A stretch of DNA of 64,000 nucleotides from Thelocarpon superellum. Lineage: Eukaryota. The stretch spans positions 1 to 64,000 of the forward strand of contig JAPEUG010000033.1 in NCBI GenBank assembly GCA_026025795.1. The letters are read 5' to 3'. Positions 62,879-64,000 of this stretch are shown piece by piece (within the stretch, counting starts at the first letter, position 1; each line of letters begins with the position of its first letter). The notes under the pieces are model-generated. The model worked only from the letters and a program-made list of their open reading frames with translations. It ran no database searches and was not told where the DNA came from. Both the position numbers and the translations under genes were made by a program.

Positions 62879-64000
62879 ATGACCGCCCAGGCCATCATGA
62901 TCGGCGAGACCATCGCCAACATGAAGAGAGCCATCTTCCGCAATGCTGATGGTATGAGATCTGATGTGGGATTCGCGTGTCATGCTGACGACGTCGTGTA
63001 GCCTCGGACTCGGAGGATTCAATCCATCAGCCCACGAATCGGGGAAACAAGCTCAAACGCAAATCAAAATTCGTACGAGAAGGCCAGCTCGATCTTCCCA
63101 ATGGGCCCCGCGTCTATCGACGGGTGAGGATCTGCAACTCTCCATGCCTTGTGAAGGCTGGCACTGACCTCGGTCGCAGAAGATCGAACACGCCGGATAC
63201 AAACGTTACATCATCAGCCGGAATCCTCGGCGCTTCGATCGATACGGCGATGAATTGGAGGATGACGAGATTGATGAGGAGGCCGACTCGATGGCGGCCG
63301 AAGAAAATCCGTATGCCGACATACATCTCGAGCGTGAGTAATACCCATCTACATACTTTGAACGCGGCTGACGGGACTTCTCCAGATATCCTTGCACCGC
63401 TCACATCCGCGGCCGAGCTACCGGAGCACCCGACGTTGTCGATCCCGTACCTGTCAACCGCATTGACGGATATGACGCGACAGGCGGGAGAGCTAGTGCA
63501 CAAGGAGCGGGCGACGCTGTGGCGGACCAAACAGCTTTTCACCAGATTTCGGGACGAGACGTGGATTCCTTGCGGCGCACTAGAGACCGAGGACGATCTC
63601 GCTCTGTTTGGCAACCCGTATGAGTCTGCTCCGCCAGCTCAATTTGTGTCAGTGGGTGGGGGAGAGCCGGCCGCATTGAGCAATGGGGCGGCAGCGACTG
63701 TCCAGGACGCACCAAATGGTGAGGTCAAGATGACTGACGCTGTCGAGCCGAGACCGACGACGGAGCTCCCGGTGACGACGGGGGAGATTGGAGACGAGTC
63801 AAAAGAGCTTGAGGAGCCCCAAGACGCTCAGATGGATGGCGTCGAGAGCGAGAAGGAGGATCAGGCGGATGCAGTGGAAAGTCAGACGTCCGACGCAGCG
63901 CCTACACGACACGTGCACGATGAGGACGGAGACCGAGCCGAAAATAATGCCATGGATGCCATGGAGGTCACCCAATCCCGTGAGCAGCCGCCTACGGCAA
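62879..64000 (+). CDS. RXT2: Rpd3L complex subunit Rxt2 (5' part; runs off the window)
   Basis: Motifs TNRGNKLKRKSKFV, ENPYADIHLEHILAPL...LPEHP and DETWIPCG. Three introns, with the frame open to the window end. Confidence 0.88.

Overview
This is a GC-rich, intron-dense stretch of a filamentous ascomycete (Pezizomycotina) genome. It carries about 25 protein-coding genes, mostly housekeeping: WHI2, TRM8, GID4/VID24, a Pth11-like receptor, mago nashi, beta-COP, a sphingoid base kinase, RRP1, a DIM-5/Clr4-type H3K9 methyltransferase, CCH1, a UBTD-like protein, prefoldins 5 and 1, ORC1, PRP46, NAS6, TMF1/SGM1, an alkaline ceramidase, HEM25 and a partial RXT2. There are also several uncharacterised genes and a decayed metallophosphoesterase. 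I found no tRNA, rRNA, CRISPR array or intact transposon. Two signals stand out. (1) An unannotated, heavily structured ~370-nt minus-strand RNA candidate (~57305->56935) lies between the ceramidase and PFD1 genes. It has H/ACA-like boxes, two identical CCUAGUUGG hairpins and short complementarities to 18S rRNA, and is enclosed by a long flanking duplex with a perfect 13-bp core. (2) WHI2 has a 138-codon AUG-free in-frame extension, beginning at a UUG in good context and encoding a PPxY motif. Gene models were spliced by eye and family names come from recognised motifs; no database search or folding program was run.
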